Below, one piece after another: positions 52,455 to 64,000 of a DNA stretch of 64,000 nt. Origin of the DNA: Octopus vulgaris (taxonomy: Eukaryota); contig OX597837.1 of the NCBI GenBank assembly GCA_951406725.2, forward strand, positions 4,154,001 to 4,218,000. The letters are read 5' to 3'. The stretch's first letter is position 1. The number at the start of each line of letters is the position of its first letter. A program made the translations under genes and the position numbers. The notes beneath the pieces were generated by a model. It made no database searches. It saw only the letters and a list, made by a program, of their open reading frames with translations, and had not been told where the DNA came from.

Positions 52455-52955
52455 ATAATTAAGGGCTCCTAAATAAGGATGCCAAGTGCTAGGGACACAA
52501 AAAAGGGATAAATTTATCGAGAGTGAAAATCAAAAACATTTACCAATAACAATACATCGCCGGGTAGATTTTGCGTCTGCGTAGAGATTTGAAAAGTTAA
52601 GATCTGCAAGTTGTTGAGATCAACACATGGTCTAACGCGCTGCGCATCTCGATTTAACAAATGCATCTCGCTGATGAAACCGGCCTTAGCAAACATATTC
52701 TGTCTGTTTTGCTAGAAAGAGGAAGAAACTGATATCAGTCCGGGATGTATCGTTATTGGTAAGTGTTTCTGATTTTCACTCTCGATAAATTTATCCCTTT
52801 TTTGTGTCCCTAGCACTTGGCATCCTTATTTAGGAGCCCTTAATTATATTTCTACATGAATAATATTTTTCTATATGAATAATATTTGTCTAATGACTAA
52901 TTCGTCCTTTGTGCTGGGCCACTGGTAGTAATCTATATTATTACCCTTTTGATTA
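52455..52955 (+). mobile_element. Hammerhead element with inverted 5' arm (family F10)
   Basis: 52455-52563 is the reverse complement of 52740-52847; (TA)n-rich flanks. Confidence 0.82.
52664..52747 (+). ncRNA. Type I hammerhead ribozyme (intact core, GUC site)
   Basis: CATCTCG-CTGATGA-stem II (TAGCAAA/TTTGCTA)-GAAAC-TGATATCA-GTC-CGGGATG; palindromic stem III. Confidence 0.85.
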
Positions 52956-52962
52956 TATATAC

Positions 52963-53039
<77 letters not shown>

Positions 53040-53116
53040 CTTATATATAAAATTATCATATACGCAGTAATGATATTCGGTTAAAAGGGCTTATAGATGT
53101 GTTTTGCTTCTCCTTT

Positions 53117-53201
53117 TTCCATGATGAGATGATTACATTGTTTCACATCATTTTATTCTCTCAGGAATAATTCCAATATTTTTTTGAAACATATGTCGGG
53201 A
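53117..53201 (+). ncRNA. Degenerate hammerhead motif (family F5 sister)
   Basis: TTCC-ATGATGA...GAAAC-ATAT-GTC-GGGA. Confidence 0.55.
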
Positions 53202-53242
53202 GTACAAAGATTTGAACAACACCTGCGTTTACCTCCATTTCA

Positions 53243-53328
<86 letters not shown>

Positions 53329-53338
53329 GTATGTATGT

Positions 53339-53391
<53 letters not shown>

Positions 53392-54219
53392 GACGGAATG
53401 TTTTTTTGAATCCAGTGTTGTGTCTCTTTGGAGCTGCAGGATGGTGCCTTGATAGTGCTCATTCGTCCATGGAAGTAGTTTAGATTCCAGAATGTCACTA
53501 ATGTATCGCTGTGTGCTAACTTTAACACCCGAAGATACAAAAACAAAGTGGGGACCTTCCAGTGGCTGTCACAGCCGTCCAAACCATAACTGACGGTGGA
53601 TTTTGACGATTTACGAGCCTACCCTCGACGAAACCAGATACAATCCAAAGTCGGCCACTCTGGTGGTTTACTGAGTCCGTTGTCTAATTCTTTTTCACTA
53701 GTGAACACCAGGCTGGGCAGCGTGCCTTCAACAATCTGACGCAGGTCAAGACGACTTCTCCCCTGCCTCATGACCTTATAAACTCGCGTGAACTCATGAC
53801 GACGAATCATCTTGTCGGGGATGGGATCTGAGATCATCCTTCAGCACTCAGTACATCGATGTTCGACTTATTTTTACTGTGGCAGCCAGATTTTTAATGG
53901 AACGACAAAGACTCTTTCATATCTTTACTCTGATACTTCTGATAAAATGAAGTATCCGAACAGTTCCTTTTCGGCTACAGACAGGTCGAACCAGTATTTT
54001 GATCTGTTAATTTTAAGCTTTTTCCTACTGTAGCCATATTACTTTCGCCGCCTCTGTGAAGGGTATTATTGTATTTCTGTCTGTAGTCACTATCTACTTT
54101 ATAAATCTCAATATATTTAGCCTGAAATGTGTAATTTTCCTATCTTATATTTATTAATGTTTATTAAAGCTCGGAACATTGATTGTCTTAATTCCGGGAT
54201 ATTCTGCATATATTTATAC

Positions 54220-54255
<36 letters not shown>

Positions 54256-54444
54256 GACCCACGCCGGCATCTCTTCCGTTATCGGGCCATCGAAAAATTG
54301 CTATGAAGATAACCGTTAAACAAAGGGAAATTACTGTGATTGACTGTTGGGAGTAAATATGTTCATAGCAATCACGTATGCGCGCATGTACATACATACA
54401 CTTGTGCGCCCGCACACCCACGTACATGTGCCTATATGTATATA

Positions 54445-54610
54445 CTGGAGCAACGCCTTTAGTCGAACAAATCGACCCAGGACTTATTCTTTGTAACCCT
54501 GGTACTTATTATATCGGTCTCTTTTGCTGAAACACTAGGTTATGGGGACGTAAACACACCAACATTGGTTGCCAAGCGATGGTGGGGGATAAACACGCAA
54601 ACACACACAA

Positions 54611-54700
<90 letters not shown>

Positions 54701-54840
54701 GATCGACATCTTTCACTTACAAGGCGTCGGACCGCCCGAGGCTATAGTAGAAGAAAATTGCACAAGGTGCTACGCAGTGGGACTGAACACGGAGCCATGT
54801 AGTAAGCAATCTACTTACCACACAGCCACTCCTGCGGCTA
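54445..54840 (-). mobile_element. SINE family A (older copy)
   Basis: Diverged match. Confidence 0.85.
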
Positions 54841-54974
54841 TAACCGTTCCTGAGGCTATGTATGTACACATGTGTATGCGTCTTTGTTCTTTGTGTCATA
54901 GAAACAAGAAGTTACGAGTATCATATTCACATTTATTCGTTAATGGACGCACCTAATAATAGACGTACCTAATA

Positions 54975-55134
54975 ATAGGCGCAGGAGTGGCAAGTAGCTT
55001 GCTAACCAACCACATGGTTCCGGGTTCAGTCCCACTGCGTGGCCTCTTGGGCAAGTGTCTTCTGCTATAGCCACGGGCCGACCAATGCCTTGTGAGTGGA
55101 TTTGGTAGACGGAAACTGAAAGAAACCCGTCGTA

Positions 55135-55186
<52 letters not shown>

Positions 55187-55413
55187 TATGTGTGTTTGTG
55201 TGTCTGTTTTTGTCCCCCTAGCATTGCTTGACAACCGATGCTGGTGTGTTTACATCCCCGTCACTTAGCGGTTCGGCAAAAGAGACCGATAGAATAAGCA
55301 CTAGGCTTACAAAGAATAAGTCCCGGGGTCGATTTGCTCGATCGACTAAAGGCGGTGCTCCAGCATGGCCGCAGTCAAATGACTGAAACAAGTAAAAGAG
55401 TAAAAAGAGTAAA
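54975..55413 (+). mobile_element. SINE family A
   Basis: Full match with tail. Confidence 0.9.
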
Positions 55414-56123
55414 GAATAACTAAATGGAATATGGTTAGTTTTATTTATCTTAACAGTAATGTTTCACTTCACTTTTTCATCTGCAATAAAATCCAAACGA
55501 GGATCAACGACACCATTCACCTTTTATTACATTATCTGTACTAAATCTCATTAGTACATACATACACACACATTACACGTACCACATATGATTAAATATT
55601 TGCCATTAATACATAATATGAATTATAAATTATCTCATTATTAATTCATTACATATATAACTTACATCTAAATTATAATTCTATAATTACATTAGCACCT
55701 AACATACTTTTTTTCACATTACCTGTACACAAGAATCTCTAGTTCTGTAATACGGCTCATATCTAAAAAATGCATTATCTTAATTATCACCAATAATATT
55801 CTTACGATATTACCTGCAGAAAACATTAATGCCAACACATATGTAATTAAAATTAAAATCATTATTCTACTGAATTGAATTTAAATTATATCATTACAAT
55901 AATACATTCCTATAATGCTTATTTACATATCATATTATAATTCTGCATCCTACACTGCATATCTCACTCCGGAATAACTTAAATCTAGGTCATCGAAAAA
56001 TCTCATCATATTTGTACGTATTCAGTTCGGTTTATATCATTATACCCCTGGGTAAATACTAGACATTGACACTTCGTATTCCTAAAAATGATATTTAAAA
56101 AATATATATATTATATATATTAT

Positions 56124-56276
56124 ACACACAAAAGCCGTTCTATTCAAGTCAACATTTAAGTTTAATTTGTCAAAATATGTTCGTCGTTTTAAGACTGCGA
56201 CCTGTTCAGCACGGATTTTTGTCAGTGAACAGGTCGCGGTCTTAAAGCGACGAAAATATTTTGACAAATTAAACTT
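56124..56276. mobile_element. Family F1 element, fold-back copy with variant hammerhead-like fold
   Basis: TTTGTCA-GTGAACAG-GTCGC...GCGAC-GAAA-ATATTT-TGACAAA at 56218-56268; left arm inverted. Confidence 0.7.
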
Positions 56277-56342
56277 ATATATTATAGAATATTATATAAA
56301 AAATAATATGTAATAATATATATGTATATATATATTTATGTG

Positions 56343-56590
56343 TGGAGGCGCGTGGCTTAGTGGTTAGGGTGTCACCATCATGATCGTAAGATTGTGGTTT
56401 CGATTCCTGGACCGGGCGACGCGTTGTGTTCTTGATCAAAACACTTAATTTCACGTTGCTCCTGTCCACTCAGCTGGCAAAAATGAGTAACGCTGAGATG
56501 GTCTAGCGTCCCGTCCAGCTAGGGAACACATATGCCATAGAAACCAGGAAACCGGGCCCATGAGCCTTGATGGGCTTTAAAAGGGCGCAT
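56343..56590 (+). mobile_element. SINE family D-like
   Basis: Head and middle match 47317; different 3' end. Confidence 0.8.
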
Positions 56591-56669
56591 TTATATTTTC
56601 GCGATCGTTAAATTAATGCATCTGTTGTCTACACCACCTGTGTTTGTCTTTTTTTTGTGAATTCTCCAT

Positions 56670-56722
<53 letters not shown>

Positions 56723-56738
56723 TGTAAATATATATATT

Positions 56739-56782
<44 letters not shown>

Positions 56783-56784
<2 letters not shown>

Positions 56785-57080
56785 CACTGTGATCACCGTG
56801 ACCGACCAGGCTATTAGATGTTGCTACACATCGCTGGTCACAATGTGCTTCGCATTGATTTAGCCTTCAAATGACGCCAGCCCGCTGGATACGCGAGCAG
56901 GCCAACAGAAGAAAGAGTGAGAGAAAGAATACAGCAGAGATCGCCACCAAACCCTGCCGGACCCTTTTTGGAGCTTTAGGTGTTTTCGTTCAATAAGCAC
57001 TCACAACGTCCGGTCTGGGAATCGAAACCGCGATCCTACGACTGCGAGTCCGCTGCCTTAACCACTGGGGAACTGCGCCT
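56783..57080 (-). mobile_element. SINE family B
   Basis: Full match. Confidence 0.85.
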
Positions 57081-57096
57081 ACACACACACATACAT

Positions 57097-57508
57097 ACTC
57101 TTTTACTTGTTTCAGTCATGTGACTGTGGCCATGCTGGAGCACCGCCTTTAGTCGATCAAATCGACCCCAGGACTTATTCTTTGTAAGCTTAGTACTTAT
57201 TTTATCAGTCTCTTTTTTGCCGAACCGCTAAGTTACGGGGACATAAACACACCAGCATCGGTTGTCAAGCGATGTTGGGGGGACAAACACAGACAAACAC
57301 GCACACACACATATATTATATATATATATATATACATATATATACGACGGGCTTCTTTCAGTTTCCGTCTACCAAATCCACTCACAAGGCTTTGGTCGGC
57401 CCGAGGCTGTAGCAGAAGACACTTACCCAAGGTGCCACGCAGTGGGACTGAACCCGGAACCATGTGGTTCGTAAGCAAGCTACTTACCACACAGCCACTC
57501 CTAAGCCT
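57097..57508 (-). mobile_element. SINE family A
   Basis: Full match. Confidence 0.9.
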
Positions 57509-58042
57509 ATATATATACATATATATATAAACGCATAATTATATCTGTGCGTGTGTATGTATAGTTTTCTATGTGTGCATGTACGGGAGTATGTGTGCGT
57601 ATATATGAACATATAGGGACATTACAAAGTATTTAGAATCTTGGTCAGACAAGAAGACAAAAGGGTAATTGCCGAAAGACAAATCAGTTACAGTTAAATA
57701 AGCGACATTTTATTGTCAACAAAGGCTTCTGCTTATGTAAACTTTATTTTAGACTAAAGGTCTAATTTCCGCCTTGATAAACAGGAAAAACGGCGAACAT
57801 TGAAAGTGGCGTATATAGAGACATCATAGCTTATCACTGTTGCTTTTATTTTATATTTTGTGTATATTACTCACGCGTTCACGCAAACACACGCACCGTC
57901 TCGAACGCATAGACGTACACAGGGTTTGCTATTATAATATAGTTGTGCATCTATGTATCTGTTTGTATGGCACAAATATATTTCGTTCATATCTATCTAT
58001 CTATGTATCTATGTATCTATGTATCTATGTATATATATATAT

Positions 58043-59672
58043 ATTATATAAAAGGGCTTAGTAAAATAAATTACTTTGCCGCATACTGAACTCATTAGAA
58101 ATAGCAGCTAAAAAAACTTTTTAAAACTATTTCCAATACTTAAAGAAAATCTCTCTCGTATAGTGTTTGCTCAATTCAACTCACGAAAGTATGAGGGTAG
58201 AAACATTAAAAAATCAAATGCAAAGGTTATTTGAGAACGTACGTTTCAAGATTAGTCAAAAAAGACATTTCTATCATCAGCTCAGAACTCCCTGGTTTGG
58301 ATTTGAAAACACTGAAAGTAGGAGCATACCTTTTCGGCTTCCCATCGTCTCCGAAGATCTACTCGAAACTAACAGTGCCAACAAATTCGAACATGCAAGC
58401 GAAGAATTTCTGCTCTCCCCTTTCCACCAGCGTGGGTTAAAATCAGCAAACAACATGCTTTTTTTCGGTAAAATCCGAGGCATTAAATAGAGAGATATGA
58501 ATTATAATTTCAACAATTGAGGGTAAAATTAATTAATTAATCAATTTCACCAAGTATTCAGTATGCAAAGGGACCATTTAAGGCGAATTCAAATTATTAC
58601 ATTATATAAAAGGGCTTAGTAAAATAAATTACTTTGCCGCATACTGAACTCATTAGAAATAGCAGCTAAAAAAACTTTTTTAAAACTATTTCCAATACTT
58701 AAAGAAAATCTCTCTCGTATAGTGTTTGCTCAATTCAACTCACGAAAGTATGAGGGTAGAAACATTAAAAAATCAAATGCAAAGGTTATTTGAGAACGTA
58801 CGTTTCAAGATTAGTCAAAAAAGACATTTCTATCATCAGCTCAGAACTCCCTGGTTTGGATTTGAAAACACTGAAAGTAGGAGCATACCTTTTCGGCTTC
58901 CCATCGTCTCCGAAGATCTACTCGAAACTAACAGTGCCAGCAAATTCGAACATGCAAGCGAAGAATTTCTGCTCTCCCCTTTCCACCAGCGTGGGTTAAA
59001 ATCAGCAAACAACATGCTTTTTTTCGGTAAAATCCGAATTCGCCTTAAATGGTCCCTTTGCATACTGAATACTTGGTGAAATTGATTAATTAATTAATTT
59101 TACCCTCAATTGTTGAAATTATAATTCATATCTCTCTATTTAATGCCTCGGATTTTACCGAAAAAAGCATGTTGTTTGCTGATTTTAACCCACGCTGGTG
59201 GAAAGGGGAGAGCAGAAATTCTTCGCTTGCATGTTCGAATTTGCTGGCACTGTTAGTTTCGAGTAGATCTTCGGAGACGATGGGAAGCCGAAAAGGTATG
59301 CTCCTACTTTCAGTGTTTTCAAATCCAAACCAGGGAGTTCTGAGCTGACGATAGAAATGTCTTTTTTGACTAATCTTGAAACGTACGTTCTCAAATAACC
59401 TTTGCATTTGATTTTTTAATGTTTCTACCCTCATACTTTCGTGAGTTGAATTGAGCAAACACTATACGAGAGAGATTTTCTTTAAGTATTGGAAATAGTT
59501 TAAAAAAGTTTTTTTAGCTGCTATTTCTAATGAGTTCAGTATGCGGCAAAGTAATTTATTTTACTAAGCCCTTTTATATAATGTAATAATTTGAATTCGC
59601 CTTAAATGGTCCCTTTGCATACTGAATACTTGGTGAAATTGATTAATTAATTAATTTTACCCTCAATTGTTG

Positions 59673-59680
<8 letters not shown>
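58043..59680. mobile_element. Concatemer of a 559-bp hammerhead-containing monomer with an internal inversion (retrozyme-like, family F11)
   Basis: Period 559 bp (58167 vs 58726); about 1.8 units on minus strand, inversion at about 59036, about 1.15 units on plus strand; hammerheads at 58232-58284 (-), 58791-58843 (-), 59341-59393 (+); (TA)n both sides. Confidence 0.85.
59341..59393 (+). ncRNA. Type I hammerhead ribozyme of the 559-bp monomer
   Basis: TGAG-CTGACGA-tAGA..GTC tttttt GAC..TCTt-GAAAC-GTAC-GTT-CTCA; the two minus-strand copies have CTGATGA. Confidence 0.82.
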
Positions 59681-59716
<36 letters not shown>

Positions 59717-59960
59717 GGGAGAATTCACAAAGAGAACCAAAAGTTGAAGACAGGTGGTGTAGACAACAAACAATTGTATTAGTTTAACGCTCGAGGAGTG
59801 GAAAAGCTCTTTAACATTTCGAACCTAAGCTCCTCCACAGAAAGGAACGCAGAGAGATTAAAGGAGCGAACATAAAGAAAATATATGTATTTATATATAC
59901 ATATATATATGTATATAAACATATATATATATACACATATATGTATATATATATATGTTC

Positions 59961-59991
<31 letters not shown>

Positions 59992-60054
59992 CATATATAT
60001 ATACACACATACACACACACATATATATATATATATACACATTAGATAAGTACC

Positions 60055-60696
60055 ATTTACGCAATGGGGTTGATATAATCGACTTAATCCGTTTGTCTGT
60101 CCTTGTTTGTCCTCTCTGTGTTTAGCCCCTTGTGGGTAATAAAGAAATAGGTATTTAGCCTGCTGTTACGTTCTGAGTTCAAATTCCACCGAGGTTGACT
60201 TTGCCTTTCATCCTTTAGGGATCGATTAAATAAGTACCAGTTATGCACTGGGGTCAATATAATCGATTTAATCCGTTTGTCTGTCCTTGTTTGTCCCTTC
60301 TGTGTTTAGTCCCGTGTGGGTAGTAAAGAAATAAGTATTTTGCCTGCCGCCACATTCCTAGTTCTAATTCCACCGAATTCCACTTTGCTTTTCATCCTTT
60401 CCGGGTCGATTAAATAAGTACCGGAAACTCACTGGTGTCAATGAAATCAACTTAATCCCTTCCTATTTCTTTACTACCCACAAGGGGCTAAACACAGAGA
60501 GGACAAACAAGGACAGACAAACGGATTAAGTCAATTATATCGACCCCAGTGCGTAACTGGTACTTATTTAATCGACCCCGAAAGGATGAAAGGCAAAGTC
60601 GACCTTGGCGGAATTTGAACCCAGAACGTAACGGCAGACGAAATACCACTAAGCATTTCGCCCGGTGTGCTAACGATTCTGCCAGCTCACTGCCTT
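60055..60696. mobile_element. SINE family C cluster: ~185-bp tandem partial units (+) followed by a full inverted copy (-)
   Basis: TAAGTACC...CTTAATCCGTTTGTCTGTCC...GAAATAGGTATTT unit repeats 60055-60460; 60462-60696 is a full minus-strand copy. Confidence 0.8.
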
Positions 60697-60889
60697 AATC
60701 CCTTCCGCTTAATCCCTTCCGCCATATTTGAGGCATTGTGCTTCTAGCAGAAAATATTATAGATTAAGCTTAGTGAACCTCTAATTCTCACGAATTATGT
60801 GTGTATGTGTGCGTGCGATTGATATCGCTGTGTAGTTCTTATAAGTGAGATGTAGGCTATTGCGAAGAAGAGGGAAGAAAAACGATTGA

Positions 60890-61110
60890 CTCCGATGCAA
60901 AATGCCATGCAGAAATTCATCGTAGGAATATCATTACGAGAGCTTATCCGAAAATGAAATAATTTGAGATTGGAATCGTGTGAACAACATGATCCGCAGC
61001 TACATGTAACAAGTTTCACAGACAACATGTGGACCCATGTAGTAGTATTCAAGAAATTGAGAAAGTCCCCTCGGAACTCGTCCACAAGAATGGGAAGACG
61101 ATATATTTAA
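60890..61110 (+). pseudogene. Old RTE LINE 3' remnant
   Basis: AMQKFIVGISLRELIR resembles AMER.MLGISLRD.IRN; TGGACCCATGTAG may be a WAGHV remnant. Confidence 0.35.
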
Positions 61111-62579
61111 ACGATTTCACATAAGATGGAAGAGAATGGCGCAATCAAGAATGAATTGAAAAACCATTCTGACCACCGATATGGTCAGATAAGTGTCACC
61201 CGATGGTCTGGTCAGCATGGTGATACATTGATATATTTGATATACTTGTATTTGTGTATGGTGTATATACATATATACCACTGGCTGCTCCTAAGGTCGG
61301 TTACTTACTTTCCATATTTAAGTAACCGAAAATACAACAGTCATACCGAGCGGTACGGTACGCCAGTTCATTGCAAGGTTAAACTGAAGCAACGTGAATT
61401 TCGATGTTATGCTCAAGAAAACAGCGTACCACCCCGTTCGGTTATCGAAACCTCGTTCTTGATATCGTTAGTCTAACGCCAGGCATCTAGGTCATACCAC
61501 ACCCCTTCGCTACACCTCCATACTCTTGCATCTAATTTCATCCACATTAAACAACGCCGTATTTCACAATATTCACAGATAAGAGTGAATTATAATAATT
61601 TTCATTCTATTTTTGCAACACATGTAACGACAGAAAAGGGCTTAATGCAGTATTTGGATTAAATTCCTGCGAATCGAAGAGCTCTAATTATTCATATAGA
61701 AATAAGTGGATATTTAATATCACTATAAAAAGAAAGAAACAAATAAATAATATATATATAAATCAAAATATCGATTTCTCCTATTTTTGGCAGAAGACCA
61801 TAAACATGGTTGAATATTATAATGATGTTCAGTATATAATTGTTATTTATTCTTGTGACATGTAGCGTACTAGATTCCGGACGGAAATAAAGGTGTTTAA
61901 AAGCACTGGAAGCGATCCAAAAACGTACATAATTCTTCTTAATGAATTCGCTCAACAACTACGCGACATTTTATTTCACAAGTCTTTAAGATATTGCAAG
62001 CTGATACATATTTAAATCCGGTTATGTCGTTGCGTTTGCGTTTACAGTTCACTCAATTTGTACTTTGCTAGAATGACTCACATCACGCTTTATTACGTGT
62101 GCCAGCATGGAGGGCATTAATTGGTCGCATGACTTGCTACAAATAATAGCTAAATATACTTCGAAATACGCCCTACAGTCTTGGAAATGGAAACATGCGT
62201 TATATACAGTAGATCAATGCACGTAATGACCGATAGGAAAATAGGATGTTCATTCATAGAAGGAATTTAATCATAGACCCGTTCTGTCGGTACTGATTTA
62301 GAGTTTACTGCAGTTAAGACAACCAGAAGGGTTAAGACAACCAACAGAGCCAGCTGTCATCCACGAGCGAGTGTGAGTTAGCAACACAATACAATGCTTT
62401 CACTAATAATTATTTATGCCTATTGAGACTTGCGAGTCTGACAACAGACACTCTCTCGGCCCACCTCGAGAGACACATCATGCACAGGACGTGACAGCCT
62501 GCCGTGGTGGTTGGCGATGTTCTGTCAACGAACAGATATATATTTAGAGCTGTGAATATGATGCGCTGTCCTCCACTTT

Positions 62580-62609
62580 TCCTCTCCTCCTCCCCCCCTC
62601 CTCCTCCTC

Positions 62610-62704
<95 letters not shown>

Positions 62705-62878
62705 GTTGTTGTTACTCCTACTACTGCTACTGTTACCGTTGCTGCTACTACCGTTGCTGCTACTACTGTTGCTGTCTTCTTCTTCTTCTCCCCCTCTTCT
62801 TCTTCTCCCCCTCTTCTTCTTCTTCTTCCTCTCCTCTTCTCCTTCTTCTCCTTCTTCTTCTTCTTCTTCTTCTTCTTC

Positions 62879-62910
<32 letters not shown>

Positions 62911-62912
62911 CT
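62580..62912. repeat. Compound (CCT)/(TAC)/(TTC)n microsatellite
   Basis: Directly visible. Confidence 0.92.
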
Positions 62913-63077
62913 TTCAATCAGGACTCACGCCATCTGTTGGGAATCATTGCAACTGTTCAGGATCTATTAACCGCATTCACTGCTGTATTCATCCGCGTGG
63001 AAGGTTACCCCTAATGCCCTCTGCAAACAATTGGAGACTAGAAAGAAGTTCGTCAAAAATTCGATCTCGAATGAAAT

Positions 63078-63497
63078 TAGGCGCAGGAGTGGCTGTGTGG
63101 TAAGTAGCTTGCTTACCAGCCACATGGTTCCGGGTTCAGTCCATCTGCTTCACACCTTGGGTAAGTGTATTCTACTATAGCCTTGAGCTGACCAAAGCCT
63201 TGTGAGTGGATTTGGTAGACGGAAACTGAAAGAAGCCCGTCGCATATATGTATATATATATGTATGTGTGTGTTTATGTTTGTGTGTCTGTGTTTGTGAC
63301 CCTCCCTCCAACATCACTTAACAACCGATGCTGGTGTGTTTATGTCCCCGTAACTTATCGGTTCGGCAAAAGAGACCGATAGAGTAAGTACTAGGCTTCC
63401 AAAGAATAAGTCCTGCTGGGATCGATTTGCTCGACTAAAGGCGGTGCTCCAGCAAGGCCGCAGTCAAATGACTGAAACAAGTAAACGGGTAAAAGGT
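63078..63497 (+). mobile_element. SINE family A
   Basis: Full match. Confidence 0.9.
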
Positions 63498-64000
63498 TAA
63501 AATGTTACACTCGAGCAATTTTCTAGCAAACTGGAATTGAGCTCACAAACACTTTTTAGAGAAGCATCTTCTACTCCACACAGCCAAGGTTGCGCCTCAA
63601 GTGTTTGATTTATCAATGCACTAATTACTAGACAAAACATAACAATTAGGTTTGCTTTTCTCTCTCCTCCTCTCTCTCCCCCTCTCCTCGTCTCTTTTTC
63701 TGGAAAGGTGACATATAACCAATGGACTATGTAAAGTGAATTGTTGAGATTAAACTTCTAAGTCATATCTAAATAATGCTATTACTCATGAGAGTAAAAG
63801 AAATTTTGCAGTGTACTGATCCATAAACTACATTATTTTATAACTTGTTGAATGTATGACTAGCGCTAATACGCTACCTTATACGCTACCTTAAAAAGAC
63901 AGAGTATTATCACAGACAACGAATTATGTGACATTTTCACTTGTTCTATTATTATAACATAAATTTACTTAAGATTTGTTATTGAGTTGCACGACATCAT

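Noticed and set aside
53600-54010. Possible old LINE RT remnant (RVYKVMRQG)
   Set aside because: Only one weak motif is recognisable; not assignable by eye
58167-59458. Triplicated 107-117 aa ORF (MLNSTHES...)
   Set aside because: Starts at TTG, has no recognisable domain and differing ends, and lies antisense to the hammerhead; a by-product of the repeat unit
62410-63103. Long low-complexity ORFs (poly-T/E/S/F)
   Set aside because: Open only because of trinucleotide repeats; the 3' end runs into a SINE

Overview
AT-rich, repeat-dense eukaryotic DNA, most likely from an octopus (inferred from the tRNA-derived SINE families and extreme (TA)n/(TG)n/(ATT)n microsatellite load). No complete host gene is visible; one candidate first coding exon lies at 14103-14286 (-). 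Mobile elements include a near full-length decayed Tx1/L1-clade LINE sitting in a (TCTA)n tract, a full-length mariner with TIRs and TA duplication, an RTE LINE 3' fragment, Tc1/mariner and hAT remnants, an 8-bp-TSD MITE, about 25 SINE copies from four families, and several Penelope-like (Naiad-type) RT/GIY-YIG fragments. The most interesting signal is about 20 minimal type-I hammerhead ribozyme motifs from roughly a dozen unrelated short non-coding families, most of them embedded in (TA)n. These elements form partial tandems, fold-back inversions or a 559-bp concatemer, and several rearrangement junctions fall at or next to the predicted ribozyme cleavage site. This suggests a diverse non-autonomous PLE/retrozyme-like system. 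All structures were parsed by eye; coordinates of decayed elements are approximate.
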